From a virus (taxonomy: Duplodnaviria; Caudoviricetes), in IMG/VR virus record IMGVR_UViG_3300017778_005264, positions 1 to 43,410 of that record: DNA of 43,410 nucleotides. One strand, written 5' to 3'. Of the stretch, positions 28,300 through 37,231 are shown in pieces; within the stretch, counting starts at the first letter, position 1, and every line of letters starts with the position of its first letter. The position numbers were made by a program, and so were the translations under genes. The notes below the pieces were generated by a model that saw only the letters and a program-made list of their open reading frames with translations, did no database searches and had not been told where the DNA came from.

Positions 28300-28669
28300 A
28301 AATAAATATAAAGAATTTACAAGAACAGACAGAGGAATAGAAAAAGAATTTCCTACATCAATCATATTTGAAAAAGCAAGATGGAATTACAAAGAAACAC
28401 GTGGTGATGGGAATTTAATTATCTATTTTAGATCCGGTATTGTTTATCATTATAAAAATGTAAAGCCAAGATTTGCTGAAGCATTTTTACATTCAAATGA
28501 TTACGAAGCTGGAACTTCATATAATAAATATATTAATAACCAATATCAAGTTAGCAAGGTTGTAAGAACGGCTAAATTTTCAGAAATGCTTACAAGTGCA
28601 AAAATAAGAGATCAAGAAGCAAAATCCAAAGCAAAATATAAAAAATCAAAGGAGAAAGCAAATGCCTAA
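28292..28669 (+). CDS. KTSC-domain protein
   Basis: LIIYFRSGIVYHYKNV...F.....AGTSYNKYI. Confidence 0.7.
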   Translation: MPKNKYKEFTRTDRGIEKEFPTSIIFEKARWNYKETRGDGNLIIYFRSGIVYHYKNVKPRFAEAFLHSNDYEAGTSYNKYINNQYQVSKVVRTAKFSEMLTSAKIRDQEAKSKAKYKKSKEKANA

Positions 28670-29186
28670 TTGGTGCAATAATGTACTAACTATTCGCGGA
28701 AAGAAAGAAGATCTTTTAGCGTTTAAAAAAGAATTGGAAGATAATAAACCAAAGGATGGACACGTTTGTTTATTTCAAACATTTCTTCCCTGCCCAGATG
28801 AACTTAAAGATACAACATCTCCAAATAGTGATGAAGAAAAATCAAAGTATCTTCTTGATAAATATGGAGCTACAGATTGGTATAATTGGCAAATTAAAAA
28901 ATGGGGCATCAAATGGGGTTGCTGTGATGCATATTGGGAAGAAGAAGATCTAATAGATACACATCACGATAATCTATTTGATATGATTTTACATTACGAT
29001 ACAGCTTGGAGTCCGGGTGATGATTGCCTCAAAGAAGTCTTTGAATCAAAAGATAATCTATCATTCTTTCTTCACTATGAAGAATTGAATATGGGATTCC
29101 AAGGTATTTTATTTGTAAAAAATGGTCAATTAGAAAAGCAAGAATGTGTAGATGTTATTGAAACCGATATAGAAAGCTCGTGGTAA
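28662..29186 (+). CDS. YubB/DUF1281-like ferredoxin-fold protein
   Basis: MPNWCNN, DWYNWQIKKWGIKW, YDTAWSP, YEE. Confidence 0.75.
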   Translation: MPNWCNNVLTIRGKKEDLLAFKKELEDNKPKDGHVCLFQTFLPCPDELKDTTSPNSDEEKSKYLLDKYGATDWYNWQIKKWGIKWGCCDAYWEEEDLIDTHHDNLFDMILHYDTAWSPGDDCLKEVFESKDNLSFFLHYEELNMGFQGILFVKNGQLEKQECVDVIETDIESSW

Positions 29187-29190
29187 AAAT

Positions 29191-29709
29191 ATGGGATTAG
29201 ATAACATTCCACATGAATATCCTTGTAGAAAACAAGGAATTGCTTCATTTACATATGACGGGCGAATCGATTGTGATACGACTAAAGAAAAAGGTAACTG
29301 CCCTTGGCAAAATGAATATGAAAAAACAATTCTGCTAAAAGAAGCAACACCTACTTATGGAATGCTTGGAACTAGCTGTTGGTATAGAGGTAAGTATGGC
29401 AATGGATTGCTATCATTACTAGAACACGGAAATTTTGATGTATATGCTGATACCAAGTATACATTCTTTGGTGAAGGTATGGGTGAAGATAAACCAGATT
29501 CCGAAGGTATGAGTGCTGACTACTGCTTAGAAATGCATGAATATATGAGAGACAATACTGAGAAATTTGCTCTAAGAGCAAGAGAGCACGTTGGCAAAGA
29601 AGATGAAGATGGAGGTGATGAAAAAGAATATATTAACGATTGGCTATACGCAACTTGGTGGGTAAAATTTGCTGCCGAGCATTGTGAAGGTTCATCAATT
29701 TGGTACTAA
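29191..29709 (+). CDS. Hypothetical protein
   Basis: 172 aa; MGLDN start, WYRGK. Confidence 0.7.
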   Translation: MGLDNIPHEYPCRKQGIASFTYDGRIDCDTTKEKGNCPWQNEYEKTILLKEATPTYGMLGTSCWYRGKYGNGLLSLLEHGNFDVYADTKYTFFGEGMGEDKPDSEGMSADYCLEMHEYMRDNTEKFALRAREHVGKEDEDGGDEKEYINDWLYATWWVKFAAEHCEGSSIWY

Positions 29710-29727
29710 CAAAAAGAAAAGAGAGAC

Positions 29728-30129
29728 ATGTTTAGTGATAATGATTTTGAAAATATTAGAAAAGAGCCAGATACCGTACCAGATGGGATTATTGATGCTT
29801 CTGATTATTATGAAACACTCAAGACAATTACTGATTACCTAAAAGATACTGATTACGAAGATACAGATAGTAGATTAGTCAGTATGATGAATATTATCAA
29901 TTTAATGCATGAAAGTGAAGAAGTACTATCTGAAGATAATGTCTATGGAGTAGCAATCAGTTTGATGTATCATATTCAAACAATTATGTCAGGTATGGAG
30001 CAAATAGATAGGGACGAGTATTTCAATCACATACAAGAAAGTATTTTACCAACTTTTGAAGGTGAATCAAAATCTCTTCCTTATTACGATTCAGATTTCT
30101 CTAACACAGAAGGAGAAGAGAATGGATGA
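29728..30129 (+). CDS. Hypothetical highly acidic protein
   Basis: 133 aa, D/E-rich. Confidence 0.65.
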   Translation: MFSDNDFENIRKEPDTVPDGIIDASDYYETLKTITDYLKDTDYEDTDSRLVSMMNIINLMHESEEVLSEDNVYGVAISLMYHIQTIMSGMEQIDRDEYFNHIQESILPTFEGESKSLPYYDSDFSNTEGEENG

Positions 30130-30436
30130 ACATCAAATATTGCCCATCAATATGGGCGAAAATTGGAGAAGTAAAGGTTCTTGCTTAGTAGAAAAAAGCA
30201 GACTTGATTTCTTTACTGATGATAAATACGAAATTAACTTGGCAAAAGGTATTTGTAAGCGATGCGTTGTCGCTCACGAATGCTTAGAGTTTGCCGTGCG
30301 TAATGAAGAAAAGTATGGGATTTGGGGTGGCTTTACACCTCGTGAAAGAAATAAGCTAACAAGATCAATAATCAATTTGACAAAGGAGGAAGCCAAAAAT
30401 TTGGTGATTCAATATGGAAACCAAGTTCTGTCTTAG
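30122..30436 (+). CDS. whiB: WhiB-family transcription factor
   Basis: W...GSC...FF...AKGICKRCVVAHECLEFA...GIWGGFTPRER. Confidence 0.92.
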   Translation: MDEHQILPINMGENWRSKGSCLVEKSRLDFFTDDKYEINLAKGICKRCVVAHECLEFAVRNEEKYGIWGGFTPRERNKLTRSIINLTKEEAKNLVIQYGNQVLS

Positions 30437-30575
30437 ACTCATTAAAGAAACATTCATCGAGGCTAAAACCTATGATGAAGCAAAGCAAATTGCTGAAATG
30501 ATGGCAGTAAGAGAATCTGGTTATACACTTTTTGGTAATTTAGTAACAATAATAATCGAAGTAGAACAACTATAA
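30414..30575 (+). CDS. Small hypothetical protein (53 aa)
   Basis: IEAKTYDEAKQIA motif; fills the gap between neighbours. Confidence 0.5.
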   Translation: METKFCLRLIKETFIEAKTYDEAKQIAEMMAVRESGYTLFGNLVTIIIEVEQL

Positions 30576-30593
30576 CAACAAATAGGAGATAAC

Positions 30594-31562
30594 ATGAAAG
30601 CCAACAAAACATCCACCACGACAAAAAAAACAAAGGAGAAAGCCGTGCCTAAAACAAACACTGCTGAAACAGTAACAATGCAAGAAATTAGAAAGGCTGC
30701 GAATGTAGCAATTACTACATATCACGAATCCATTGGGGCATCCTTTGATACAGGGCATATCTCAAAGATGTCCTCATTGGTTAAGCCAAGTGATATGTTT
30801 GTTGATTATACTTATCAGCGAAAAGCGCTTGACACTAAGGTTAGGAAAATTGTCAAGAATTTCAACCCAGATTTGCTAGGTGTTATTACTTGCTCAATGC
30901 GTGAAGATAACAGGTTGGCAATTATTGACGGTAGCCATAGGTATCACTCATTGATTGCTATGGGTATGGAAAATTCAAGTGTTAATGCTCTTGTGTACTT
31001 TGGTTTGTCAATTCAAGATGAAGCTCGTATCTTTACATTAACGAATAAAGAACACACAAAACCAAGTCCATCACAAATCTTTAAAGCTGGAATTGTTTCG
31101 GGTGATCCAATTACTGTAGCTATCTATGAAGTTATTGAGAAAGTTGGTGCTTCGCTATCAGAAGGGCCTGGTGTAAACAAAGTGAGAGCAGTTTCTACTT
31201 TGCGTAAAATTTACACTAATGCCGGCGCAGAAGTATTGGCTAAAACACTTCAAACACTTAGTGATGCGTTTCCAAATAACAATGAAACATATCATGGTCA
31301 ATTGCTTTCGGCTGTCGGTTGTATTTATCGTCGATATGGAAATCAAGTTGATCCAAAGCGTTTAGCAAAGGTATTGAGTATGGCTGGTAGCCCAGCATTA
31401 CTTATCGCTCAGGCTCAATCAATGATTAGCAATGGTCAAACGATTACTTTTACTGCTTTACCGTTTGCTATTGTTAACCGATACAATGTCAAAATGAAGA
31501 CAAATAGGCTACCTGATTTCCCAATGAATTTGATGCCACATCAAGTTTGGTCTAAAGCCTAA
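30594..31562 (+). CDS. ParB/Srx-like (DGxHR) domain protein
   Basis: VDYTYQR...IVKNFNP...IIDGSHR...EARIF...N. Confidence 0.7.
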   Translation: MKANKTSTTTKKTKEKAVPKTNTAETVTMQEIRKAANVAITTYHESIGASFDTGHISKMSSLVKPSDMFVDYTYQRKALDTKVRKIVKNFNPDLLGVITCSMREDNRLAIIDGSHRYHSLIAMGMENSSVNALVYFGLSIQDEARIFTLTNKEHTKPSPSQIFKAGIVSGDPITVAIYEVIEKVGASLSEGPGVNKVRAVSTLRKIYTNAGAEVLAKTLQTLSDAFPNNNETYHGQLLSAVGCIYRRYGNQVDPKRLAKVLSMAGSPALLIAQAQSMISNGQTITFTALPFAIVNRYNVKMKTNRLPDFPMNLMPHQVWSKA

Positions 31563-31769
31563 ATGGTGGCTAAGAAAATACATAGCGTTCCGTTCAGCAG
31601 AAAGTATTATTTTGCACGTGGTTATCACGACAGAATGAGTAAAGTAGATAATCCACCTTCAGCTGAACTGAACGACTACTATTTAGATACTCTTAATGTA
31701 AATGTTATTGAAGAGTATATTAAAGGTAGAGAAATAGCAGAGCGAGATTTAATTAACAAAATAACATAG
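31563..31769 (+). CDS. Hypothetical protein
   Basis: 68 aa. Confidence 0.55.
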   Translation: MVAKKIHSVPFSRKYYFARGYHDRMSKVDNPPSAELNDYYLDTLNVNVIEEYIKGREIAERDLINKIT

Positions 31770-31777
31770 GAGATATT

Positions 31778-32236
31778 ATGTCAAAAGAAAAATCATGCGC
31801 AGAACTCATACTAGAAAGATATGAGTCTAGGAATGAAACAATTAATGAAATGCTTGTTCACGCTAATGGTCGATTTGGTGAATATGTTGATGAGCAAGCA
31901 GAAAGATTCGTTGAAGAGTTTACAAAAACTTACGATGAAGAACCAAGTGAAGAAGAAGTTGATAAATTCAGGCAACATTGTTATGACAGTTCAGAGTATA
32001 ATGAATCAAGTCTTGGTGAATTCCCATTAGGTATTACATCCAGTAAAATGGTGAGAATTGAATTGAGTACGGGTGGCCCTGCGGATTTCATTAAGGTATA
32101 TATGGATGATAACAATTTTATTGAAAGTATTTCATACCACTATCAAGATTGGTTTGATGGTGCTGAAATGCAAGTTAAAGAATCTGATCCAATGTGGGAA
32201 TTTGTTGAATATATTATAGAAAGCCATACGGTTTAA
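31778..32236 (+). CDS. Conserved phage hypothetical acidic protein
   Basis: ELSTGGPADF...YHYQDWFDGA; SD AGGAG. Confidence 0.7.
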   Translation: MSKEKSCAELILERYESRNETINEMLVHANGRFGEYVDEQAERFVEEFTKTYDEEPSEEEVDKFRQHCYDSSEYNESSLGEFPLGITSSKMVRIELSTGGPADFIKVYMDDNNFIESISYHYQDWFDGAEMQVKESDPMWEFVEYIIESHTV

Positions 32237-32314
32237 AAAACTATGACATCAGAATATCTTGAAAAAACAGAAATAGCCGGAAATACAATTCACATCAACA
32301 ACAAGGAGAATAAT

Positions 32315-33043
32315 ATGGAAATTGAAGCAGATATCAAATTAGACGAGGATAATAATAACATCACTATCCCAATCAAAATTTCTATTGATGACATTGTTAA
32401 GGCAATGCTCAAGGATGGCAATTTAATTAATCATGTTGTTGAGGATAGTGAATTTGACACAGCAGTTACAGAAATTCTATCTAATAATTCTGATGATGCA
32501 ATTACTGATTGGGTTTCATCAAACGGTAGCACTATTGCTGATGCTGTTGGTGATTATATCGGTACTTATGTAAGTGAAAATTTGGATTACTCAGACATAG
32601 TATCTGAAATTAAAGATCATCTAGATATTAATGAAATCGTTGATGATCAAATTGAAAACAAATTGTCTGAGTATTCTGCTGGTAGTGGTTGTCAAACTGC
32701 TAAACTTGCTGGCGATGCTATAATCAATACAATTCGTTACGATTTGCTGACTGCTATGAGAGAAGAAAATGGTGCTAAAAGTGTTTATGATCACACTATT
32801 GCTGATGCGCTAACTACTTTTATTGATAGAAGGGTTGAGTATCGTATCAATAAAGAGAAAGAGCAATACCTCGAAAATAAACAAGCTTATATGGCAAAAC
32901 CAGATGTAGAATCATCTGTTGAGGATTTAAAAGTTACTGTTAAAGATGTTCTAGCCTTTATCAATAACTTAGAATTGTATCAGGTAGCCAAGGATAAAAT
33001 TATTCAAGAGTTTAAAGCAACAAACATGAATTTCCACCAATAG
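32315..33043 (+). CDS. Hypothetical acidic helical protein
   Basis: Best SD (AAGGAG) precedes ATG 32315; the ORF is open from 32243. Confidence 0.65.
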   Translation: MEIEADIKLDEDNNNITIPIKISIDDIVKAMLKDGNLINHVVEDSEFDTAVTEILSNNSDDAITDWVSSNGSTIADAVGDYIGTYVSENLDYSDIVSEIKDHLDINEIVDDQIENKLSEYSAGSGCQTAKLAGDAIINTIRYDLLTAMREENGAKSVYDHTIADALTTFIDRRVEYRINKEKEQYLENKQAYMAKPDVESSVEDLKVTVKDVLAFINNLELYQVAKDKIIQEFKATNMNFHQ

Positions 33044-33056
33044 CAAAGGAGATACA

Positions 33057-34682
33057 ATGTACATCAAAATAGCAAATAGTTCTAGCGAAGTCAATAGGCT
33101 TCATCTAGAAAAACTTGGGCTATCAACCAAAAGAAACGATCCAGCAACGATTGGTCAATTTGGTTCTGGAATCAAATACGCCCCAATCTCAGCATTGAGA
33201 ATGGGGTTGGATTTTGTTTTCTGTGGCTCTGATGCTAAGGGTTATTACAACCTGAGGTACAAAGCAATTGATGAGGAAGGCATTGAATCAATCGTTTACG
33301 ATTACGGTGACTATCAAAAGCAATCTTCTTTTACTGTTGATGCCGGCTCTATGAGTTGGGATAGCGAATGGCAAATCTATAGAGAAGTTATTTCTAACGC
33401 AAAAGATAACGGCGATTGGTCAAGAGAACTTGTATTTGATATTGGAAACAATACAAATGAGTTTGCTGTATACATTACTGCTTCTCGAGGTATGATGCAA
33501 GTTTATGATAATCATAATTACTATTTTTCTGATGATAGAAAAGTAGTTTACTTTGATGACTATACAGGTATTTCATTTCTAGAGAAAATTAACTCTTCAA
33601 TGCATCACTATTACAAATCAGTACTAGTTAATACCCTAGAGAGTGAATCAAAGGTATGCTTATTTGATTACGAAACGAATAGTGCGGCACTAAACGAAGA
33701 TAGAGAATTGAAAGATGTATCAAGTGAATTTATCAAGATCACCAAGACAATTGCTCGTTGTAAAGATAAAAAAGTCCTAAGAAAAATTCTTGATAAAATG
33801 TTTGAAGTTGACTTGATGGAATTTTCTATGATTAGCGATTTTCATTGGACGTATACTTCACCTTCTGATTTATGGAAAGAAGTGTTCTTTGAAAAGTTTT
33901 CTGATAACGCTGTTATTGTGTCACCAGAGCAGGCATTAATTAATGGGTTTACTCAGATAGTCAAATCAGGTGGTGCATTACCAATAGTATGCCGCACGAA
34001 TAGCATTTATCTATTTCTTTCAACCTGCGGAATAGATAAGGCCGAGGATTTTATCGGTGAAGAATCCAAGTATGACATTGACAAAGACATTAGTAAGTAT
34101 CCAAAACTGGTTGAAGCAATGAGAATTGCCTCATACTTTGAACCCAGCATTGATGATATGCTAAACCCATTGGCTGTGTTTAAAAGTAAAAATGAAAGTT
34201 CAGTCGTCGGAGTGACAATCAATATGAATAATGAAAGCGGTAAGCAAATCCTTGTTTCATCCGAGTCGGCTTCCGATAGCACAACTAGGGAGATTTTAGC
34301 AACAATAATTCATGAGTATGACCACTATTCAACTGGAATTACTGATAATATGTACCGAGAATTCAGAAATCTAGCGGATAAAAGAATCGCCAATCTAATG
34401 TTTAAGCTCTATAAAGAGACTCCTGTTTTTATCCATAATGGTATATTGAAAATTAAAACAATAGATTTGCCACTATTTTCTAGTTTGGATTACCTGATGG
34501 AATACATACCATCTTTTGGTTGGCATTTAGTTCGGATTGGGAAGTTGGAATTTAAGATGATAACTCCTGAATTTAAATCTGTTATGCCCACCAAAAAATC
34601 TGGTGTGTGTCAGGTTGATGAAACAGGTCAGTATTTTATCATCAATCTTGGTCTTAATGGCACAATAGAAAGGATTGCATAA
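33057..34682 (+). CDS. GHKL-type ATPase (permuted motif order) with HExxH motif
   Basis: IGQFGSG at aa 32-38, EVISNAKD at aa 110-117, HEYDH at aa 419. Confidence 0.7.
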   Translation: MYIKIANSSSEVNRLHLEKLGLSTKRNDPATIGQFGSGIKYAPISALRMGLDFVFCGSDAKGYYNLRYKAIDEEGIESIVYDYGDYQKQSSFTVDAGSMSWDSEWQIYREVISNAKDNGDWSRELVFDIGNNTNEFAVYITASRGMMQVYDNHNYYFSDDRKVVYFDDYTGISFLEKINSSMHHYYKSVLVNTLESESKVCLFDYETNSAALNEDRELKDVSSEFIKITKTIARCKDKKVLRKILDKMFEVDLMEFSMISDFHWTYTSPSDLWKEVFFEKFSDNAVIVSPEQALINGFTQIVKSGGALPIVCRTNSIYLFLSTCGIDKAEDFIGEESKYDIDKDISKYPKLVEAMRIASYFEPSIDDMLNPLAVFKSKNESSVVGVTINMNNESGKQILVSSESASDSTTREILATIIHEYDHYSTGITDNMYREFRNLADKRIANLMFKLYKETPVFIHNGILKIKTIDLPLFSSLDYLMEYIPSFGWHLVRIGKLEFKMITPEFKSVMPTKKSGVCQVDETGQYFIINLGLNGTIERIA

Positions 34683-34684
34683 CC

Positions 34685-34822
34685 GTGTCTAAATTTACAT
34701 TCTTTATGTGGTGCGTATGGATTTGTTTTTTGTTCAGCGTAGCCTCAACGATTTTACTACCGATTGCAGTTATTGTTTTGCCATTGGCATTGATCGCTGT
34801 CATAGCTTATGTGTTGGTATAG
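34685..34822 (+). CDS. 45-aa membrane microprotein
   Basis: SD GAAAGGA, GTG start, almost entirely hydrophobic. Confidence 0.5.
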   Translation: MSKFTFFMWCVWICFLFSVASTILLPIAVIVLPLALIAVIAYVLV

Positions 34823-34825
34823 ACT

Positions 34826-35170
34826 ATGCCAAAGTTTGATCAATACTATATTGTAGAATTCAGAATGCCTATAAAAGTAGAATCAGTTTCTTCTGTACAA
34901 GAAGCAGTAAGTAGAGCAAAGCAAATGTGTGAGAATCAGTTTGGTTTTAAGCCAGACAATTGGAATGCAAGAGTGTTTGAGTATTCAACCGGGGTTAATA
35001 TAACCGGTCATGTAAAAGAGTATTTTTATAATCCCAATTCTTCTAATTACAGAGAGATAGTAAAGAATATAGAATACTTCAACGATCTAGTCAAGAAGGG
35101 AATGACAATTGAAGAATTTGAAAAGGGAATTATTAGAGGAGATATTACTGATGGAGAACAGAAAGGTTGA
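34826..35170 (+). CDS. Hypothetical protein
   Basis: 114 aa. Confidence 0.65.
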   Translation: MPKFDQYYIVEFRMPIKVESVSSVQEAVSRAKQMCENQFGFKPDNWNARVFEYSTGVNITGHVKEYFYNPNSSNYREIVKNIEYFNDLVKKGMTIEEFEKGIIRGDITDGEQKG

Positions 35171-35315
35171 CATATATAATTACAGACTTGTTAGAACCGA
35201 TTTGATTAGACAAAGTATGTTTGATTTAGTAGAATGGTTAGATAATAATCGTGAGGAATTTACAACATCAATTCTCAACAGAGAACAACACAATATAGGA
35301 TTTTATTATGACTGA
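35151..35315 (+). CDS. Small hypothetical protein
   Basis: ATG 35151 after GAGGAG. Confidence 0.5.
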   Translation: MENRKVDIYNYRLVRTDLIRQSMFDLVEWLDNNREEFTTSILNREQHNIGFYYD

Positions 35316-35688
35316 TGCTTTTTTAAATTTTAACTTTAGTGAAGAAGAATTGTCTGTAGATGATGTTTTATTTACAGATGTCGTTGTACAACTTATTGGG
35401 GCTTGGCTTGGTGGAGATATAAAAATAGTTCGCACCGTAGTTGATTCAATTAGTGAAGACTTTGGAGATAATGAAACTGTAATGGTTGGCCTGCTATTTG
35501 CCTCAATGTTACATATGAGTAAATTGATAGGTGATGTCGCTGAGCTGAAGAATCAAGATATGGGTGAAGCTTGGGCAGACTTTTTGCAAAACTATAACAA
35601 AGATGCAAGAAAAGCTTATTCGCAAATTCCTATCCTTCACCCAATCCTATCAGAAAGATTTGCTAAAGAAATGGAAGATGGTAAATAA
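35308..35688 (+). CDS. Hypothetical acidic protein
   Basis: 126 aa. Confidence 0.65.
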   Translation: MTDAFLNFNFSEEELSVDDVLFTDVVVQLIGAWLGGDIKIVRTVVDSISEDFGDNETVMVGLLFASMLHMSKLIGDVAELKNQDMGEAWADFLQNYNKDARKAYSQIPILHPILSERFAKEMEDGK

Positions 35689-35830
35689 TCATAATTCCAA
35701 CAAGTAGACGGAGGTATCTTTATTGTAAGAAACTAAGAAGGCGAAAGTAAAGTTGTTGATTTGCTATTCGCTTCTTCTAAATGCCTATGCTAATGCGTTC
35801 AAACGCAAACCCTAAACCTTTGGAGGAATT

Positions 35831-36364
35831 ATGAAAATACAATCATCACCAATACTTGGCACTATTGGCTTACTATATGGAATATTCACGGGTTTTGTAA
35901 TTGGTCACACAATTACAAAAGACCACTATGAATCAAAACAAACTGGAAACACAGTTGTTGTAAAAGAATATGTGTATCCAGACGTATCAATCGCAGGGCA
36001 AAACAATGTCAAAATTGTTATTGATGAACCAGCAATTGACTCAAGGATAGACGAAAAAATACCAAGTGACTTAACTAAAAGATGTCCACAATGGGAAAGT
36101 GAATTAAAAGACAGGGGATTCCCTGTAAAATTGTTTTCCTATATTATGTGGAGAGAAAGTCGTTGTAATCCTAAAGCTCATAACAAAACATTGAATAGAG
36201 ATCAGTCTCAGGATTTAGGGCTACTTCAAGTTAACTCAACATGGAAAACTGTAACCAAGAATATTTGTGGTACAAGTATAGATGGTTTATTTGACCCATC
36301 TTGTAATCTAAAGGTTGCAAAATATCTTTACGATAACGGTGGGGCCGGCCATTGGTCAATGTAA
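35831..36364 (+). CDS. Membrane-anchored lytic transglycosylase (SLT-like)
   Basis: N-terminal TM helix; IMWRESRCNPKA.N, DLGLLQVN, LFDPSCNL..A..LY...G..HW; SD GGAGG. Confidence 0.85.
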   Translation: MKIQSSPILGTIGLLYGIFTGFVIGHTITKDHYESKQTGNTVVVKEYVYPDVSIAGQNNVKIVIDEPAIDSRIDEKIPSDLTKRCPQWESELKDRGFPVKLFSYIMWRESRCNPKAHNKTLNRDQSQDLGLLQVNSTWKTVTKNICGTSIDGLFDPSCNLKVAKYLYDNGGAGHWSM

Positions 36365-36392
36365 TATAAACAACTCATAGAAAGAGAAAATA

Positions 36393-36878
36393 ATGGGATA
36401 CTATGTAAGAACTGATGAAGTAGATTTCTTCATCGCAAAATATAATTTTGAAGAAGCGTATAGAAATTGTGTTGCCCTAAATGATAGAGATGATTTGAAA
36501 ACAGGTGGTGGTGGTAGTTTTACATTGCCAAATGGTGAAGAAATGAAATGGGGTGATCCTCGACCTGAAGGTATGACTTATCATCCGATGAAATGGTTTT
36601 CTTGGATGGATGCAAATTATCCAGAAACATGTAAAACATTGGATGATATATTAAAAGAACTTGGTTTTGAAATTAAATATGATGAAGTTGGAAATATTGA
36701 TGGATTATCATATAGTAACAAAATCGGTGCTGAGGAATACTTTCTAGACGCAATTAGTCCATTCGTTAGAGATGGTTCTTATATTAATTGGGTAGGAGAA
36801 GATAATGAATTTTGGAGACATGAATTCGTTAAAGGAACTATGATCACAAAGACAATCGCCAAAATTATTTGGGAGTAA
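36393..36878 (+). CDS. Conserved phage hypothetical protein
   Basis: 161 aa; GSYINWVGEDNEFWR motif. Confidence 0.7.
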   Translation: MGYYVRTDEVDFFIAKYNFEEAYRNCVALNDRDDLKTGGGGSFTLPNGEEMKWGDPRPEGMTYHPMKWFSWMDANYPETCKTLDDILKELGFEIKYDEVGNIDGLSYSNKIGAEEYFLDAISPFVRDGSYINWVGEDNEFWRHEFVKGTMITKTIAKIIWE

Positions 36879-36886
36879 TCAAATCT

Positions 36887-36936
36887 AAACCATAAGAAAT
36901 AAATGTGTGCGAGACACTCATTTTCTTATGGTTTTT
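36887..36936 (+). terminator. Hairpin (terminator or processing site) directly 5' of tRNA-Arg
   Basis: Perfect 13-bp IR AAACCATAAGAAA/TTTCTTATGGTTT with inner GTGT/ACAC and a T run. Confidence 0.5.
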
Positions 36937-37010
36937 GTTTCCGTAGCTCAATTGGATAGAGCAAAACACTTCTAATGTTTAGGTTATAGGTTCAAGTCCT
37001 ATCGGAAACG
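36937..37010 (+). tRNA. tRNA-Arg(TCT)
   Basis: Acceptor GTTTCCG/CGGAAAC, D arm TAGCTCAATTGGATAGAGC, anticodon arm AAACA-CTTCTAA-TGTTT, T arm ATAGG-TTCAAGT-CCTAT. No encoded CCA. Confidence 0.92.
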
Positions 37011-37020
37011 CTGTAATTAA

Positions 37021-37210
37021 TAATGTTATTAGCTGGGGGTAAGCTAAGGCTACCCCTTTCAGCTTAAGGAAACTGTGTGTTATCTAATTATGATACCTCG
37101 TTGCCTTTGTATACCCTATTTGGGCAACAGTTATCGCGGGAATTAGATAATGGCAAGTGTTTTCGTTGATGACACAAACAGTTTCTGCTTACCCTCAGCT
37201 AATAACATTA
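37021..37210 (+). ncRNA. Putative structured ncRNA of unknown family (~190 nt)
   Basis: 24-bp closing stem (one G-U) plus nested 8-, 11-, 5- and 7-bp stems and two side hairpins. Confidence 0.65.
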
Positions 37211-37231
37211 ACAAACAAGAAAGGAATATTT

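Noticed and set aside
37069-37185. Hammerhead ribozyme (GAAAC at 37069, TTGATGA near 37166)
   Set aside because: The core is TTGATGA rather than CTGANGA, and it lies inside the stem closed by GAAAC/GTTTC, which is the wrong topology.
37187-37206. c-di-AMP (ydaO) riboswitch, from ACCCTCAGCTAA similarity
   Set aside because: The other conserved elements are absent and this segment is fully paired in P1.
37021-37210. MITE or complete retron
   Set aside because: No clear target-site duplication, second copy, transposase or reverse transcriptase in the window. Strand-specific G-U pairs favour an RNA. Not excluded genome-wide.
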